Part shown: one piece after another, positions 49,891 to 63,349 of the stretch
Numbering within the stretch: position 1 is the first letter of the stretch
Layout of the letters: each line of letters opens with the position of its first letter
Source: Mobula hypostoma
Lineage: Eukaryota
Length of the DNA stretch: 64,000 nucleotides
Assembly (NCBI RefSeq): GCF_963921235.1
Contig: NC_086117.1
Span: 45,508,001-45,572,000 of the forward strand
Direction of reading: 5' to 3'
Made by a program: the position numbers and the translations under genes
The notes under the pieces: generated by a model
Database searches by the model: none
What the model was told of the DNA's origin: nothing
Seen by the model: only the letters and a program-made list of their open reading frames with translations

Positions 49891-51760
49891 GCCACAAACC
49901 TCACAGTTCCCTCACCTTCACCTCCCGATTCTACCTCCTACCCCAAATCCACAAACCTGCCTATCCAGGTAGAACCTTTTTTCCTGCACAACTGAACTTA
50001 TATCTGCATACTTTAACTCAATTTTATCCCCCCCTCCCCCAGTTCAGTCCCTTCCCACCTACATCTGTGACATTATGGACGTTCAGTCCCTATACACCTT
50101 CATCCCACACCAGGAAGGCTTCAAGGCTCCCGTTTCTTTCTGGACACCAGACCCAACCAGTTCCCCTTCTCCGTCTGGTGGAACTGGTCCTCAATCTCAA
50201 TAATTTCTTCGGCTCCTACCACTTCCTTAAAAAAAAGGTGTAGTCATGGGTACTCGTGGATCCTAGTTAAGCTCCCCTTTTTGTTGGTTACATGGAACAG
50301 TCTATGTTCCAAGCCTACACTGGTATCACTCCCCAACCTTTCCTATCCTACATCGACAACCGCATTGGTGCTGCTTCCTGCACCCATGCAGGGCTCATTA
50401 ACTTCATCAATTTTGCCTTCAATTTCCACCCTGCCCTCAAATTTACCTGGTCCATTTCTGACATCAACTTCCCCTTTCTCGATCTCTCTGTCTCTCTCTG
50501 GAGGCAGCTTATCCATTGAGGTCTTTTATAAATGCACTCTCACAGCTACCTGTACTCTATCTCCTCCCACCCAGTTTCTTGTAAAAATGCAATCCCCTTC
50601 TCTCAATTCCTCTGTCTCTGCCATATCCGCTCTCAGGATGAGGTTTTTCATTCCAGAACGAAGATTATCCTCCTTCAAAAAAAGGGGCTTCCCATCATCC
50701 ACCATCAATGCTGCCTTCAATCACATCTCTTCCATTTTGCACACATCAGCCATCACCTCATCATCCCGCCACTCCACCAGGGATCAGGTTCCTCTTGTCC
50801 TCACCTTCCACCCCACCAGCCTCTGCGTCCAACATGTAGTTCTTCATAACTTCTGCCATCTCCAATGGGATCCCACCACCAAGCACATCTTTCCCTCCCT
50901 CCTACTTTCTGCTTTCTGTAGGGATCAGTCCCTATGCATCTCCCGTACCCATTCGACTCCCCACAGTAATCTCCCCCGGCACTTATTCTTCATGCGGAAC
51001 AAGTGCTACATCTGCCCCTACACCTCCTTCCTCACTACCATTCAGAGCCTCAAACAGTCCGTTCACGTGAGGCGACTCTTCACCTGTGAGTCTGTTGGGG
51101 TCATCTACTGTATCTGGTGCTCCCAGTGTAGTCTTCTGTATATCAGTGATACCTGAAGTAAATTGGGAGACCGCTTTGCCGATCACCAATGCTCCGTCCG
51201 CCAAGAAAAGTGGGATCTCCCAGTAGCCACCCATTCTAATTCCACTTCCCATTCTGACATGTCAGTCCTTGGCCTCCTCTACTGTCGTGATAGGGCCACA
51301 CTCAGGTTGAAGAGCAACACCTTATATTCTGTCTGTGTAGTCTCCAACCTGACAGCATGAATTTCTGTTAATGACCCCTCCCCCTCACCATTCCCTTTTC
51401 CCTCTTTCACCTTATCTCCTTACCTGCCCATCACCTCCCTCTGCTGCTCCACCCCCTCCCTTTCTTCCATGGCCTTCTCCAGCCCCTCATCTTTCTCACC
51501 AATCAACTTTCCAGCTCTTTACTTCACCCTTCCGTCCCTTCTGGTTTCACCTGTCACCCACGACCTTGCATTTCTTCCTCGCCTTCCACCACCTTCTTAC
51601 TCTGACTTCTCATCTTTTCGCTCCAATCCTGATGAAGTGTCTCGGCCCGAAACGTCATCTGTTTACTCTTTTCCATAGATGCTGCCTGATCTGCTGAGTT
51701 CCTCCAGTATTTTTGTGTGTTGCTTGGCTTTCCAGCATCTGCAGATTTTCTCTTCTTTGA
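49891..51760 (+). mobile_element. Penelope-like element, right arm
   Basis: RFYLLPQIHKP, YIDN, LKFTWS...PFLDLSV and FTCESVGVIYCIWC...LLYI (GIY-YIG-like), followed by the terminal sequence. Confidence 0.88.
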
Positions 51761-52799
51761 GAAATAATCACATACTGCCTTTCGCAAAATGCAAAAGATT
51801 AGTCATCATCAAAATTGTTACATAACAAAGCTCAGTCTGTCTCGAGGAAGCAAACTTGGAAATTTAGTAATCTAGGTAAGCCTTAAACAACTTAGGGCCA
51901 TAGAACTCAACTGGAAATGGAACAACAAATGTCAGAAATACCATGACCTAGAAATTTCAGTCCATCCAAATGGTTGTACTAGAATTGCATTGATCTGGGG
52001 CACCAATCATCATTTCTACAGTGGAACCTACTACAAATTGCAGCTGTGTGTGCAACAAAACTGTGGTATCCAGGTTCGGAACTGAGGCAGGCATTGGAAA
52101 CCAGGTGGCCACTGGCCATGTTGTAATGCATCTTTCAGGGAGAAACAACACTAATCCTATTGCATACCTATTTACAGCTAATTTTGTAATCTTTTGGGGA
52201 TGACTAATCTAGCACCAGTAAAAATCCACTTCCAGATATGGCTCTTAGTCAATGAAAATGGTGTGGTGTGATTATGGGGTTGTATGGAAAAAGCAATGGG
52301 GTCTCTGCTATAGGAGACAGGGAAAAAGGCAGCAATGATTGGGGCTTATGGGGTGGGTAGGGAGAGGTGAATCACAATGAATGTTTAGGGAGGATTGCCC
52401 AGAATTATGGCTTAGTTTCAGTGGTGGGAATGACTTGTGGCAGAGTGATGGAGCAGTCTGGAGATTGAGCCCTTGTTGATCACAAAATCATTCAATCTGG
52501 AGTGACCAAATGAATGGAAAATTGAACTGAATTAGAAAATGTAGTCGTGGTTAATTGGAGATATTAACAAGTTGGAACATTGACCTCTGAGGGTTGCAGA
52601 CAAAATCAGGGGTTGGTGAAGGAGGGAGGGAGTCAAAAGGATGAAAGATAAGTTTGAAGGTACCAGCTCCGTGTTGTGTTGAGAAGTCCACATTGCCCTG
52701 GGTCTCTTTGAATTTTTTTGGCCCCTATTCAGTTAGAGGCAGATTAATACCATCTTTACCCAACTGAAGCATGGGAAAGAGGACCTGTGATTCCTTTTA

Positions 52800-55345
52800 G
52801 TTGGAGACTGTGGAGGAGAAGTTGTGGCCAATCCAAACTGACTGGGGTCTGCATGTGAGGAAATCAAGTATCCATTTGCACAAGGAAGTATTGAGGCCAA
52901 GGCCTTGAAGCTTATTGACTAGTTTTGAGGAGATAATAGTTTTCAATGCCGAGCTGTAGTCAATAAAGTGCATCCTAGTGTATGCATCTTTGCTGTCCAG
53001 ACATTCCAGGGTTGAGTGAAGAGCCAGTAAGAAGGCATCTGCTGTGGACCTGTTGCATCAGTAGGCACATTGGAGCAGATCCAAGTCACTTCTCAGGCAG
53101 GAGTTGATATGTTGGTATGTTTCATCTCAAAGCACTTCACCACTGTGGATATAAGTGCTACTGGACAATAGTCATGAGGGCAGGTTACCATGTTCTTCTT
53201 AGGCACTGGCATAAATAAAGTCTGCATGAAGCAGGTGGGTACCTCAGACTGCCAAAGTTAGAGGTTAAAGATCTCAGTGAGCACTCCAGCCAGATGATCA
53301 GCACAGGTCTTGAGTATTTGGCCAGGCACCCCATCTGGGCTGAATGCTTTTTGTGGGTTCACTCTCCTGAAGACTGCTTGTGTGTTAGCCTCAAAGACTG
53401 AAATCACAGGAAAATTGGGGTTTGTGATGGTTCCTCAATGTCTTGATGGTAAACGGAGCACAGAAGGCATTGTGCTCATCTGGAAACAAAACCTTGTTGT
53501 CTCCCATGTCGCTTGATTTTACTTTATAAGAGTTGATAGCATTCAAGCCCTGCACAACTGTCGAGCATCTTTCGTTGATTTAAGTTTAGTCCAGAATTGC
53601 CACTTTGCCCAAGAGGTGGCTTTCCAGAGATCGTACTTGGACCTCTTCTAACTTTCTTGGTCACCAGATTAGAATGCCTCTGATCTTGCCCGCTGCAGAT
53701 TGAGGATCTCATGGTTCTTCCAAGGCTCTAATTGGGGAAGACTCTGAATGATTTTATGGGGACACACTCATCTACAACTGTTTTAATAAAATCAAGTACA
53801 ACCACATGCTGGATTCACTCAGGTCCACAGATCAATCCTTGAACTCAACTCAGTCCACCGACTTGGAAGTAATCCCATAGCCGCTCCTTTGCATCCTGTA
53901 AACACCTTTTTGTGTTCTAATCTCTAGCTTTGCTCTTTAGCCCCTCTCTGTATGCAGGCAGGAGGGCAGACAAGTGATCAGATTTACCAAAATGGGTCTG
54001 GGTATGGAACAGTAGGCATTCCTTATCTAAGTATAACAGTGATCTAGTGTGTTGGGACCTCTGGTGCTACAGGTTATAAGCTGATAGTAATTGGGCAGGG
54101 ATTTCTTCAAACAAGCCTGGTTGAAGTCCTTGACGATGATTTGAAGTGCACTGGGGTGGACTGTTTCTTGTTTTTTTGCGTTACATTTATGACTGTGTGA
54201 CTGAGCACAGCTCCAATGCACATTCACGTTTGCTGATGACAAATTAGCATATGGGAAGGAGATTGAAAATCTGGCTGAGTGGTGCCACAACAACAACCAC
54301 TTACTAAATGTCAGCCACACCAAGGAGCTGATTATCGACTTAAGGAGGAGGAAATCAGAGGTCCACAAGCCAGTCTTCATTGGAGGATCAGAGATGGGAG
54401 AGGGTTAGCAACTTTAAAAACCTTGATGTTATCATTTCAGGGGATCTGTCCTGAGGCCAGCACTTAAGTGCAATTAAGAAGAAAGCACAGCAGTGCCTCT
54501 GCTTCCATCATAGGTAAAGTCCTCTCCACCATTGAGCAGGTCTACATGAAGCACTAGATAGGGTGGATGTAGAGATGTTTCCTGTGGTGGGGTATCTAGA
54601 ACTAGAGGGCACATCCTCAAAATTGAAGGGCAACCTTTTAGAACAGAGGTAAGGAGGTTTTTTTTTGCCATTGAATAGTGAATCTGTGGAATGCTCTGCC
54701 ACAGACTGCGGTGGAGGTCAAGTCTATAGGTACATTTAAGGCGGAAGTTGATCATTTCCTGATCAGTCAGGGCATCAAAGGATATGGCAAGAAGGCAGGT
54801 GTATGAGGTTGAGTGGGATCTGGGATCAGCCATGATGGAATGGCAGAGCAGACTCGATGGGTTGAATGGCTGAATTCTGGTCCTACATCTTATGGTCTAA
54901 GCATTGTCACAGGAAAGCAGCACCCATCGTCAGGGACCCCTACTACCCAGGTCATGCTCTCTTCTCGCTGCTACCATCAGGAAGAAGGTTCAGAAGCCTC
55001 AGGACCCACACAACCAGGTTCAGGACCGGTTATTACCCCTCAACCATCAGGCTCTTGAACCAAAGAGATAACTTCAGTTAACTCCACATGCCACATCATT
55101 GAAATGCTCCCATGACCTATGGACTGACTTTCAAGGACTCTTCATCTCATCTTCTAATATTTATTGCCAATTTATTTATTATTATTTCTTTCTTTATGTT
55201 ACAGTTTGTTGTCTTTTGCACACTGGTTGGTATGGTCTTTAACTGATACTATTGCGGATTTCTTGAGTATACCTGCAGGAAATGAATCTCAGAGCTGTAT
55301 ATGGTGATATATATGTACTTTAGTAATAAATTTACTTCAAACTTT
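52800..55345. mobile_element. Rex1/Babar LINE with inverted 5' part
   Basis: 52800-54178 is antisense EN/RT N-terminal sequence. 54180-55345 is sense from the YDC...FADD region to the 3' end. A CR1 insertion lies at ~54555-54898. Confidence 0.75.
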
Positions 55346-55723
55346 TAAGGAATGAACATAATGGATTAACTACCACTTACCTTTAACAGAAGGACATAAC
55401 TTCTTCATTCCCAATATGTCACTGGGAGCACTTGCAGTGCCTTCTGTCAGCATTAACACAGTAAAGTGCCTTGCCAGTGTCAATAACTGCCATGCAAATT
55501 CTGTGAGACTCTGCAAGAGGTATTCTGTAGGAAAGGGCACCAGATCATGTCGCAGGGATGTAGGGTGCATCAGATTGCACCAACACTGCCATGAGCAACC
55601 TGGCATTTTCTCGGAGGGAATGGTTCTGCCACAGCATTCATCTGGCATATGAGCTTCAGGCCTGTGTTAGTTACCCCAGCTGCAGCCAAATCTCAGATTC
55701 AAGTTCATAATATAGGACTTTAC

Positions 55724-55849
55724 CTTTTCCTGCTCGCTTCTCATCCAATCCTCCAGAACAAAACCTGCAAGTTTATTCTCCAAGAAAACTAATTTCTCGT
55801 CACATATTTGTAACTTCTCATAGGTATCCAGTGGTTTACTAGGTATAGG
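55724..55849 (-). CDS. CCDC183: CCDC183-like, third-to-last coding exon
   Basis: Acceptor ttcttctttag, 126 nt (phase 0/0), donor GTAAAG. Encodes PIPSKPLDTYEKLQICDEKLVFLENKLAGFVLEDWMRSEQEK, resembling LDLNSKLAYCEGKLTYL. Confidence 0.8.
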
Positions 55850-57589
55850 CTAAAGAAGAACAAAACATAATTAGTTGGCTCACTGTGAGAACCTTCCTTT
55901 CAAGATATTCCCTCAACCGGTAATGAATTAAAGGTCACCACAAACTATTTCAGTACAGCGGTGTGCTAGCTAGGAAATGAAGGTCAACAGCTGCAGATGG
56001 AAGAGGCAGGGTCAGTGTTAGTGGAATACATCCTGGCGAGTCAGTGGAATGACTTCTGCATAGGCAGAGTCAGTGGAACACATCCTACTGTGAATCAGAG
56101 CCAGTGGATCCATCCGTTAAGCATCATGGCCAGTGGAGCACATGCTGGTGAACATGCAGAGAATACTGGCACTGGAAGCTGGGGGTCTCATAGGAGGCTG
56201 AGGCTCATGACACCTGGGGGAAATGTGACACACAGACACCCAGAACCTAGATAATTGCTTTTCCTGGATGAGGTTGGTAGCAGAGTGAGATGCTGCCACC
56301 CCATTATGGACCGAGATGCCAGTAAGTGGGATCAGTAATGAGTATTTCATTGCCTGCATGGACGGGCTGGGCCGAAGGGACTGATCCAGTGCTACATGAT
56401 GATTATAACTCTTGCAGGATGATTCCATGCCCCCCAACATACTGAATCCATCTCAAGGAATCCTCACATTTAAAAAGCATCTGGACAAGCATTTGAATTG
56501 CCAGGCATAGCACGCAAGTGCTAGTAGAAGTAATTTGTATGGATATGTATCTGACGGTCGACACAGACATGGTGAGCCAACAGGCCTGGTTTAGTGCTGT
56601 ATATATGTTGTAGTGAAGGTGAATTTGAACTTCAAGACAACTTTCAACAGGGTTTTTGTTTTGTTTCCAGAGAAGGAAGCAACAGTGGCTATGTGGAATT
56701 AAGATGCAGATCAGTCACAATCTCACTGAACGGTCAAACAAGCACAAGGGTTGTGTTGCTAATGTAACCGTCTGAGTGGCCACTCTTCTGATACTATTAT
56801 TGTGGGTGTAACTCATCACTGTATCTTATCATTGCAAAGACTTAATATTAAATGAAGATCTTAGCATTAACATTAAAATTACTTTTTAAATACACAAGTA
56901 AAATGAAAATATTGAAGATTTGAAATTTTAAAAATGCTGCAAATACTTAGCAGATCAGAATTTGTGGAGAGAGAAAATTTGTATTTTTAGTTGAGAACTT
57001 TTCCTCAATACTAATTGCTATTGGAGTATACACTCAAGGGACAACACCCCCCCCCCCCTACACACACACACACCCCGGAGACCTGAATGCACAATCCAAA
57101 GTTAATGAGCATTCTGAAGAGACATCACACAGGGGGCCAATCTAGGAAACTTGATCATTGTGGGAATTCAGCGTAAGAGAAGGGAGGTGCGGTATACGTA
57201 TTCAGACCTTATTTTGAAAAAAAAAATTTCAACAGATTAAAATGCAAAACTAAATACTAGAAACTATTAAATGTTCAGTTAAACTATTAAATTAAGAATT
57301 AATTAAACATAAGTAAACAGAAACCTCAACTAACTGAATATCTAGAGCAGTTTGAGAAGGATGGCGGTAAAGGCTTTGTAGCTGCAAGTGAAGTTTCTCA
57401 GGACCTGTGAGATCCTCTGAAAACAGGTTTACAGTTTCATGCCCGCCTCTTAAAGAAGTCCAACTTTGACCTGTTGATCTGCAGTCTGAGCTGCAGAGAT
57501 GAGTGCTTTAGGGAAGGGGCAAATTACCTAAATATGCTGATCCAGGAGGCAGTCACCTTCTTTAGCTTTAGTGGTAGGTAGCTTGATAT

Positions 57590-59370
57590 TTGAAAGCAAC
57601 AAACATAATGCCACTGATCGAGAAAAGGGAAAACTAAGGACCAGTTAGCATCACATGTATCGTTCGGGAAATGGCGGACTCCATGACTCATGGAATGAGT
57701 GCAATATTAGTATAGGAAGGGGACAGGTGAATGCCCAGAAAACAGAGCAGGAATAAACATAGTCATAGTCATACTTATTAATCCCGGGGGAAATTGGTTT
57801 TCGTTACAGTTGCTCCATAAATAATAAATAGTAATAGAACCATAAATAGTTAAATAGTAATATGTAAACTATGCCAGTAAATTATGAAATAAGTCCAGGA
57901 CCAGCCTATTGGCTCAGGATGTCTGACCCTCCAAGGGAGGAGTTGTAAAGTTTGATGGCCACAGGCAGGAATGACTTCCTACGACGCTCAGTGCTACATC
58001 TCGGTGGAATGAGTCTCCGGCTGAATGTACTCCTGTGCCCAACCAGTACATTATGTAGTGGATGGGAGACATTGACCAAGATGGCATGCAACTTAGACAG
58101 CATCCTATTTTCAACACCACCGTGAGAGAGTCCAGTTCCATCCCCACAACATCACTGGCCTTACGAATGAGACCAGACCAGCTTTGAGTTGACAAGTTAT
58201 AAGTTATGGATATATGACAATGCAAAGCTAGGAGGGGAACTAAACTGTGAGGCTTCACAAAGAGATAACAAAAGGATATGGATAGATCATATTGAGTGGG
58301 CAAGAGGGTGGGAGATAAACTAATAACATGGATAAACATATTAACTTAGGTAGACTTAGAAAAGCAAAATTTTAAAATTAAGAAAAGTTATTAAATCTTA
58401 GTATTCAGAGATTTAGATGTGTGGCTCATAATTATAAACATAACTATATTTGGCTTTTATTGCAAATATCAGAAATCTTGCAAGAAACTTTGGTTACAAT
58501 TGTACAAGGCTTTGCCATGACCACACCATGAGTACTCTGTAGTTTTGGTCCCTTTATCTCAGGAGAAATAAACTTGCTTTGGAAGTAGTACAACAAGGGT
58601 TAACTAGGTTCTCTCCTGGAGTTAGAGGTAACCTCAGTGAATCATATAAAAGTTCTGAAGGGGATTGACAGGGTAGATACAGTAAGGCCTGTCTCCTCCT
58701 CTGGCTAGAGGATCAAAAACTGGAGACAAAGTCTTAAGATAAGGGGTCACAGATCTAGGACTGACCTTGGATGTAATTTCTTCATTCTGTGCTGTGACTC
58801 TTTGGAATTCTCTACCGCAGATGACTGCGGAGTCACAACCATTGAAGCTGTTGAAGGACCATAGAATTTTATAATCCCAGGCAAATCCAGACGATTTGGC
58901 AGTTCTGTTCACCATATTACAGAAAGGATGCTGAGGTTTTGAAGAGAGTGCAGATGAATGGATTGGACAAAATTGGGCATGAGGAAAGATTGGAGAAAGT
59001 TCATTTTTTTCTTGAGTGCCTGAGGCTGAGGGATAGCCTGAAAGAAGTTCATACAATTACAACAGTCAAGAGTCTTTTTGCCGTGATGGAAATGTCAGAC
59101 ACCAGAGGCTATAGGTTTAATGTGAAAAGCAGAAATTTTGAAGGAGATTTGCAAGGTAAGTTTTCATTAGGAGCCTGGAATATGCTGTCAGGGGAGGTGG
59201 TGGAAGCAGAAATGATAGCAGTGTTTAAGAAGCATTTTGATAGACACATGAATTGGCAGTAAATGGAGGGATACAGACCATGAGCGGGGAAATGGGATGA
59301 GTTTAAAATGGCATCATGGCCTACACAGAAATCATGAGCTGAAGGGCCTGTGCTGTATTGTTTTATGTTA
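57590..59370. mobile_element. Mixed decayed CR1 fragments (+) with a Rex1/L2-type 3' end (-) at ~57760-58170
   Basis: SHPLHN...RRLIPPRCSTERRRKSFLPVAIKLYN on the minus strand, CR1 RT-end remnants on the plus strand. Confidence 0.7.
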
Positions 59371-59533
59371 GTATGGTTTGAAAATGGAGTGGAGATAAAA
59401 GACCAGTTACAAAGACTCGAGAGGTTTTGTGTTCTGTGTCTGCTCCTGTTCCTAATGTTCAGATAATTGGTTGCCATTGACCTGAAATGCAAGGCGTTTT
59501 TTCTTTAAACTCAGTAGTGCATGTCACACAAAC

Positions 59534-59699
59534 CTCACTGGCACTTTCAATGCCATATAGGAAATAGTACAGGCTGTCAATCCCATTATCGAAGGCCAGG
59601 AGCAGTCTCTCACAGTTGTAAAGTTGCCATAACATCACTTTCAGCTTATCCTTTTCATGATTCAGTTGGTCTTCCGTACCTGCCTTCAAAGCGGCCAAA
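59534..59699 (-). CDS. CCDC183: CCDC183-like coiled-coil protein, fourth-to-last coding exon
   Basis: Acceptor tcccatcag, 166 nt (phase 2 to 0), donor GTTTGT. Encodes LAALKAGTEDQLNHEKDKLKVMLWQLYNCERLLLAFDNGIDSLYYFLYGIESASE, resembling the recalled GIDNLYVRLMGI segment of human CCDC183. Position upstream of RABL6 on the same strand matches human synteny. Confidence 0.8.
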
Positions 59700-60682
59700 C
59701 TGATGGGACGGAAACAAATCACATCACGAAACAAGCCAGAGTAACCGAACAGAAATAAAAAGTATGGTTGTAACTAACCAGGGTGAATAACATTGACAAG
59801 TTGTGATGGACTATACATGTGGATAATTAAAATAATTGGGAGGTTATGGCTGAGACACAAGTATCAACTTACGTTGTTAACTATGTTTATGTCATAGACT
59901 GCAATTACTCCAAATAGCTGTTCCAAAAGCACCTCCCAAACCCCTTGAAGTCTCCTTGAGTAATTGCAATAGTTCAAGAAGGTAGCTCACCATCATCTTC
60001 TCAAGAGCAGTTAGGGATTTGCAGTAAACAATGGCCTTGCCAGAAATGCCCAAGTACCAAGGATGCCCTGTTAGTCAGCCATTCCACACCTCCCATCCAT
60101 TAACCCACCACCACTACATACACATCACCTAGCATCACTTTATGTACATACAGTTTATGTCTACAATACTTGTACATTGTGTTTTATAGGATTGCTTTTA
60201 TATTTTATATTTATAGTGTTTTTTATTGTGTTCTTTATGCTGCATCAGATCTGGAGTAACAATAATTTTGTTCTCTTTACACTCGTGTACTGAAGAATGA
60301 TAATAAACAATCTTGAATCTTCAAGGAATATATAAAAAAGATGCTTCCTAGAAGCCCCCAAATTATGAAGAGCAAATCACAAACAGAATCAGGTTTAATA
60401 TCACTGGCATATGATGTTTTATGGCAGCAGTATATTTCAAAGTATAATAATAAAAATACTATAAATTACAATAAGAAATATATTTTTAAATTTTAAATTA
60501 AATAAGTAGTGCAAAATGAGAGCTAAAACAAAGAAAAAAATATTGAGGTAGTGTACATGGGTTAATTGTCCATTCAGAAATCTGATGGCAGAGAAGTAGC
60601 TTTTCCTGAAACACTGAAGGTGTGTTTCAACACTGAGGGTGCCTTGACTGAACTTTACAAAATTGGGCAAGCTCTGAAAGAC

Positions 60683-60820
60683 TCAGTCCTGATGAAGGGT
60701 CTTGGCCCAAAATGTCGGCTGTTTACTTTTTTTCATAGATGCTGCCTGGCCTGCTGAATTCCTTCAGCATTTTGTGTGTGCTGCTTGAACTTCCAGATCT
60801 GCAGATTTTCTCGTCTTTAT
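60683..60820 (+). mobile_element. Penelope-like 3' terminal fragment
   Basis: CAGTCCTGATGAAGGGTCTTGGCCCAAAATGTCGGCTG...ATAGATGCTGCCTGGCCTGCTGA. Confidence 0.8.
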
Positions 60821-60999
60821 GGCAACATACATATATGTAAATTGATAATATATTTTCTTTGAACTTTTAATATTTTTCATCTGTATTCGCAAAGCAGGAA
60901 ATCATTGGATGGAGATTTCAATTAGAACCATTAACTTAGAGAACACGTTAAATTAACAATGAGGAATTAGATGTCACAGCAGGCACAATAGTGAATAAT

Positions 61000-62750
61000 G
61001 AGATGTATCCGACACTGCTAGGTAAGGTAGGAGACTGCTGCCACAGGTGCCTGTCTGGTAAATCTAATACTTGGACTGAAGAATCAGATGAATGGATGTC
61101 AGCAGATATGGTACCCTCACTCAAAAAAGGGTAGCATGGGTAAGCCAAGTAATTATAGTGTAGTTAGTCCAACTTTAGTGATAGGGAAATTATTGGAAAA
61201 GATTCTGAGGGTCATTAGTAATCTACCTGTAGAAAAGCTGAAGTGATTAGGGGAGTCTAGGACAAGAGGGCACGACTTCAAGATTGAAGGACGTCCATTT
61301 AGAACAGAGATGTGCAGAAATTACTTTAGTCAGAGGGTGGTAAATCTGTGGAATTTGTTGCCACAAGCAGCTGTGGAGGCCAAGTCATTGGGTGTATTTA
61401 AGGCAGAGATAGACATGTTCTTGATTAGCCAGGGTATCAAAGGGTATGGGGAGAAGGCAGGGGAGTGGGGATGATGGGAAGAATTGGATCAGCCCATGAT
61501 TGAATGGCGGAGCAGACTCGATGGGCCACATGGCCTACTTCTGCTCCTATATCTTATGGTGTCAGCACAAATTTATTGTAAGAGATCCTGTCAGACTAAT
61601 TTCGTTGAAATGGAAAATTTTGAGTAAGTGACTAAATATATTGACGAAGGCAGTGGTGTTGGTATGGTTTACATGGACTTCAGTAATGTCTTTCACAAAA
61701 TACCATACATTTGGTTAGAACCTATGGAATCCAAGGTAAGTTGGCAAATTGGACCCAAAATTAGCTTGATATTAGGTGACAGATGGTTCAGGTAGAGGGT
61801 TGCTTTGTGACAGGATACTTCTGATTGGTGATGCTTCAGAGTAATCAGTGCCGGGATCCTCATTGTTTGAAAGGAACGTTAGTTATTTGGATACGTATGT
61901 AGAAGGCACGATCGGTAAGTTTGTAGGTGACATTATGATTGGTGGAATTGTCAATGGTGTGAGATGTAGTTTAGCCTAAAAGGTGATATCAATATGTTGG
62001 TGAAATGGGCTGAGAAACGGCAGATGGAGTTTTATCTGGATAAATATGAAGTGATGCATACTGGGGAGTCTAATCAGGGTTGGACATACACTATTAATTG
62101 TGTGACCCCTGGAGTATAAGTCCTGAAGGTGGCAGTACAGTAGAGAAAGTGATGAAGAAAGCATATGGAATGCATGCCTTTATTGGCCACAGAAAATAAT
62201 ATAAGACAGAGTTCTTGATGAAATTTTATAACACTTTAGTTAGACCACATGAGAATATTGTCTGGAGTTCTGGTCTCTGTATTATAGCAGGGTCAGAATT
62301 GTTGTGGTGCTGCAGCAGGGATAACTTGCCGGTACTGTGCCTAAGATAGAAAGTTTTGTCAATGAGCGGTGACTGGATAAACTGGATTTGGTTTTCTTGG
62401 AGAAGAGTAGGTTGAGGGAAAGGTTGATAGTGGGAGGCAAAATTAAGAGAGGAATTAGGGTTGATACAAAGAAAAATGTTCCCCTTGACAGAGGTCTCTA
62501 AGGGAGAGCACTTGGTTAAAAGTGTGAAGAGATTTTTGAGATGATCTGAGGAATTTTTCACACAGATGTTAGTTGAAACCTAGAATACCCAGCCTAGGGA
62601 GATGATGAACATATTCACACATTTAAAGAAACATCTGGATGAGCATTTGAATTGCCAATTATAGAAGGCTGTGAACGACCTGCTGGTAAATGTAACTGGT
62701 GTAGATGAGTACCTGATTGCCAGCATGTTTCTATGCTATATGATTCTACT
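61000..62750 (+). mobile_element. Old CR1 with a young CR1 3' end nested at ~61255-61561
   Basis: Decayed RT motifs. The young insert resembles 48220-48534. Confidence 0.8.
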
Positions 62751-63349
62751 CTGCAAGATAATGAGGGCATGAGAGAAAAAGATGGTGAAAACATGTTCCC
62801 TAAGCAGAGATTTTTCTGATTAGGAGACAACGGTTTATGGGACGGTGTAGGAGATTATAAGGGGATTTGTTGATTTCCAGAAATTGGAACACATTGCCTG
62901 AGTGCTGGTGAAAAACACTGGGACAGAAATTAAGCTGCAAACCAAGTGCTGGAAAAATAACTAATATGCCTGGCTTGGACACAATGTGTCTGTTTTCTTT
63001 GTTGCAGGACAATAACTGAAATGTGTGTGAGAACAGCAATTGTGAGAGAGAAATGGGAGCGGGAGTCTGTGAGATAGGAGGAAGAGGACATGTGAGAAGT
63101 GAGAAACTAAAGTTCTTGCAGAATTTCAGCATCTCCAGAGATCTCAAAGAAATCTACAGCCAAAATACCAGTCACTGATTTATAGCAGAAGCAACAGTGG
63201 GGCAAAACAGGAAGAGAGGGAAAGAGAACAATAAAAGAATACTGTTGAGACAATTAACAGAAACCTATAAAAGAAAAAGACTAATCCGCACAAACCTGTG
63301 GGCCAAAGGAGAAAAGTTGTCAGCAAATCTACAGCAAAAGTCCAAACTA

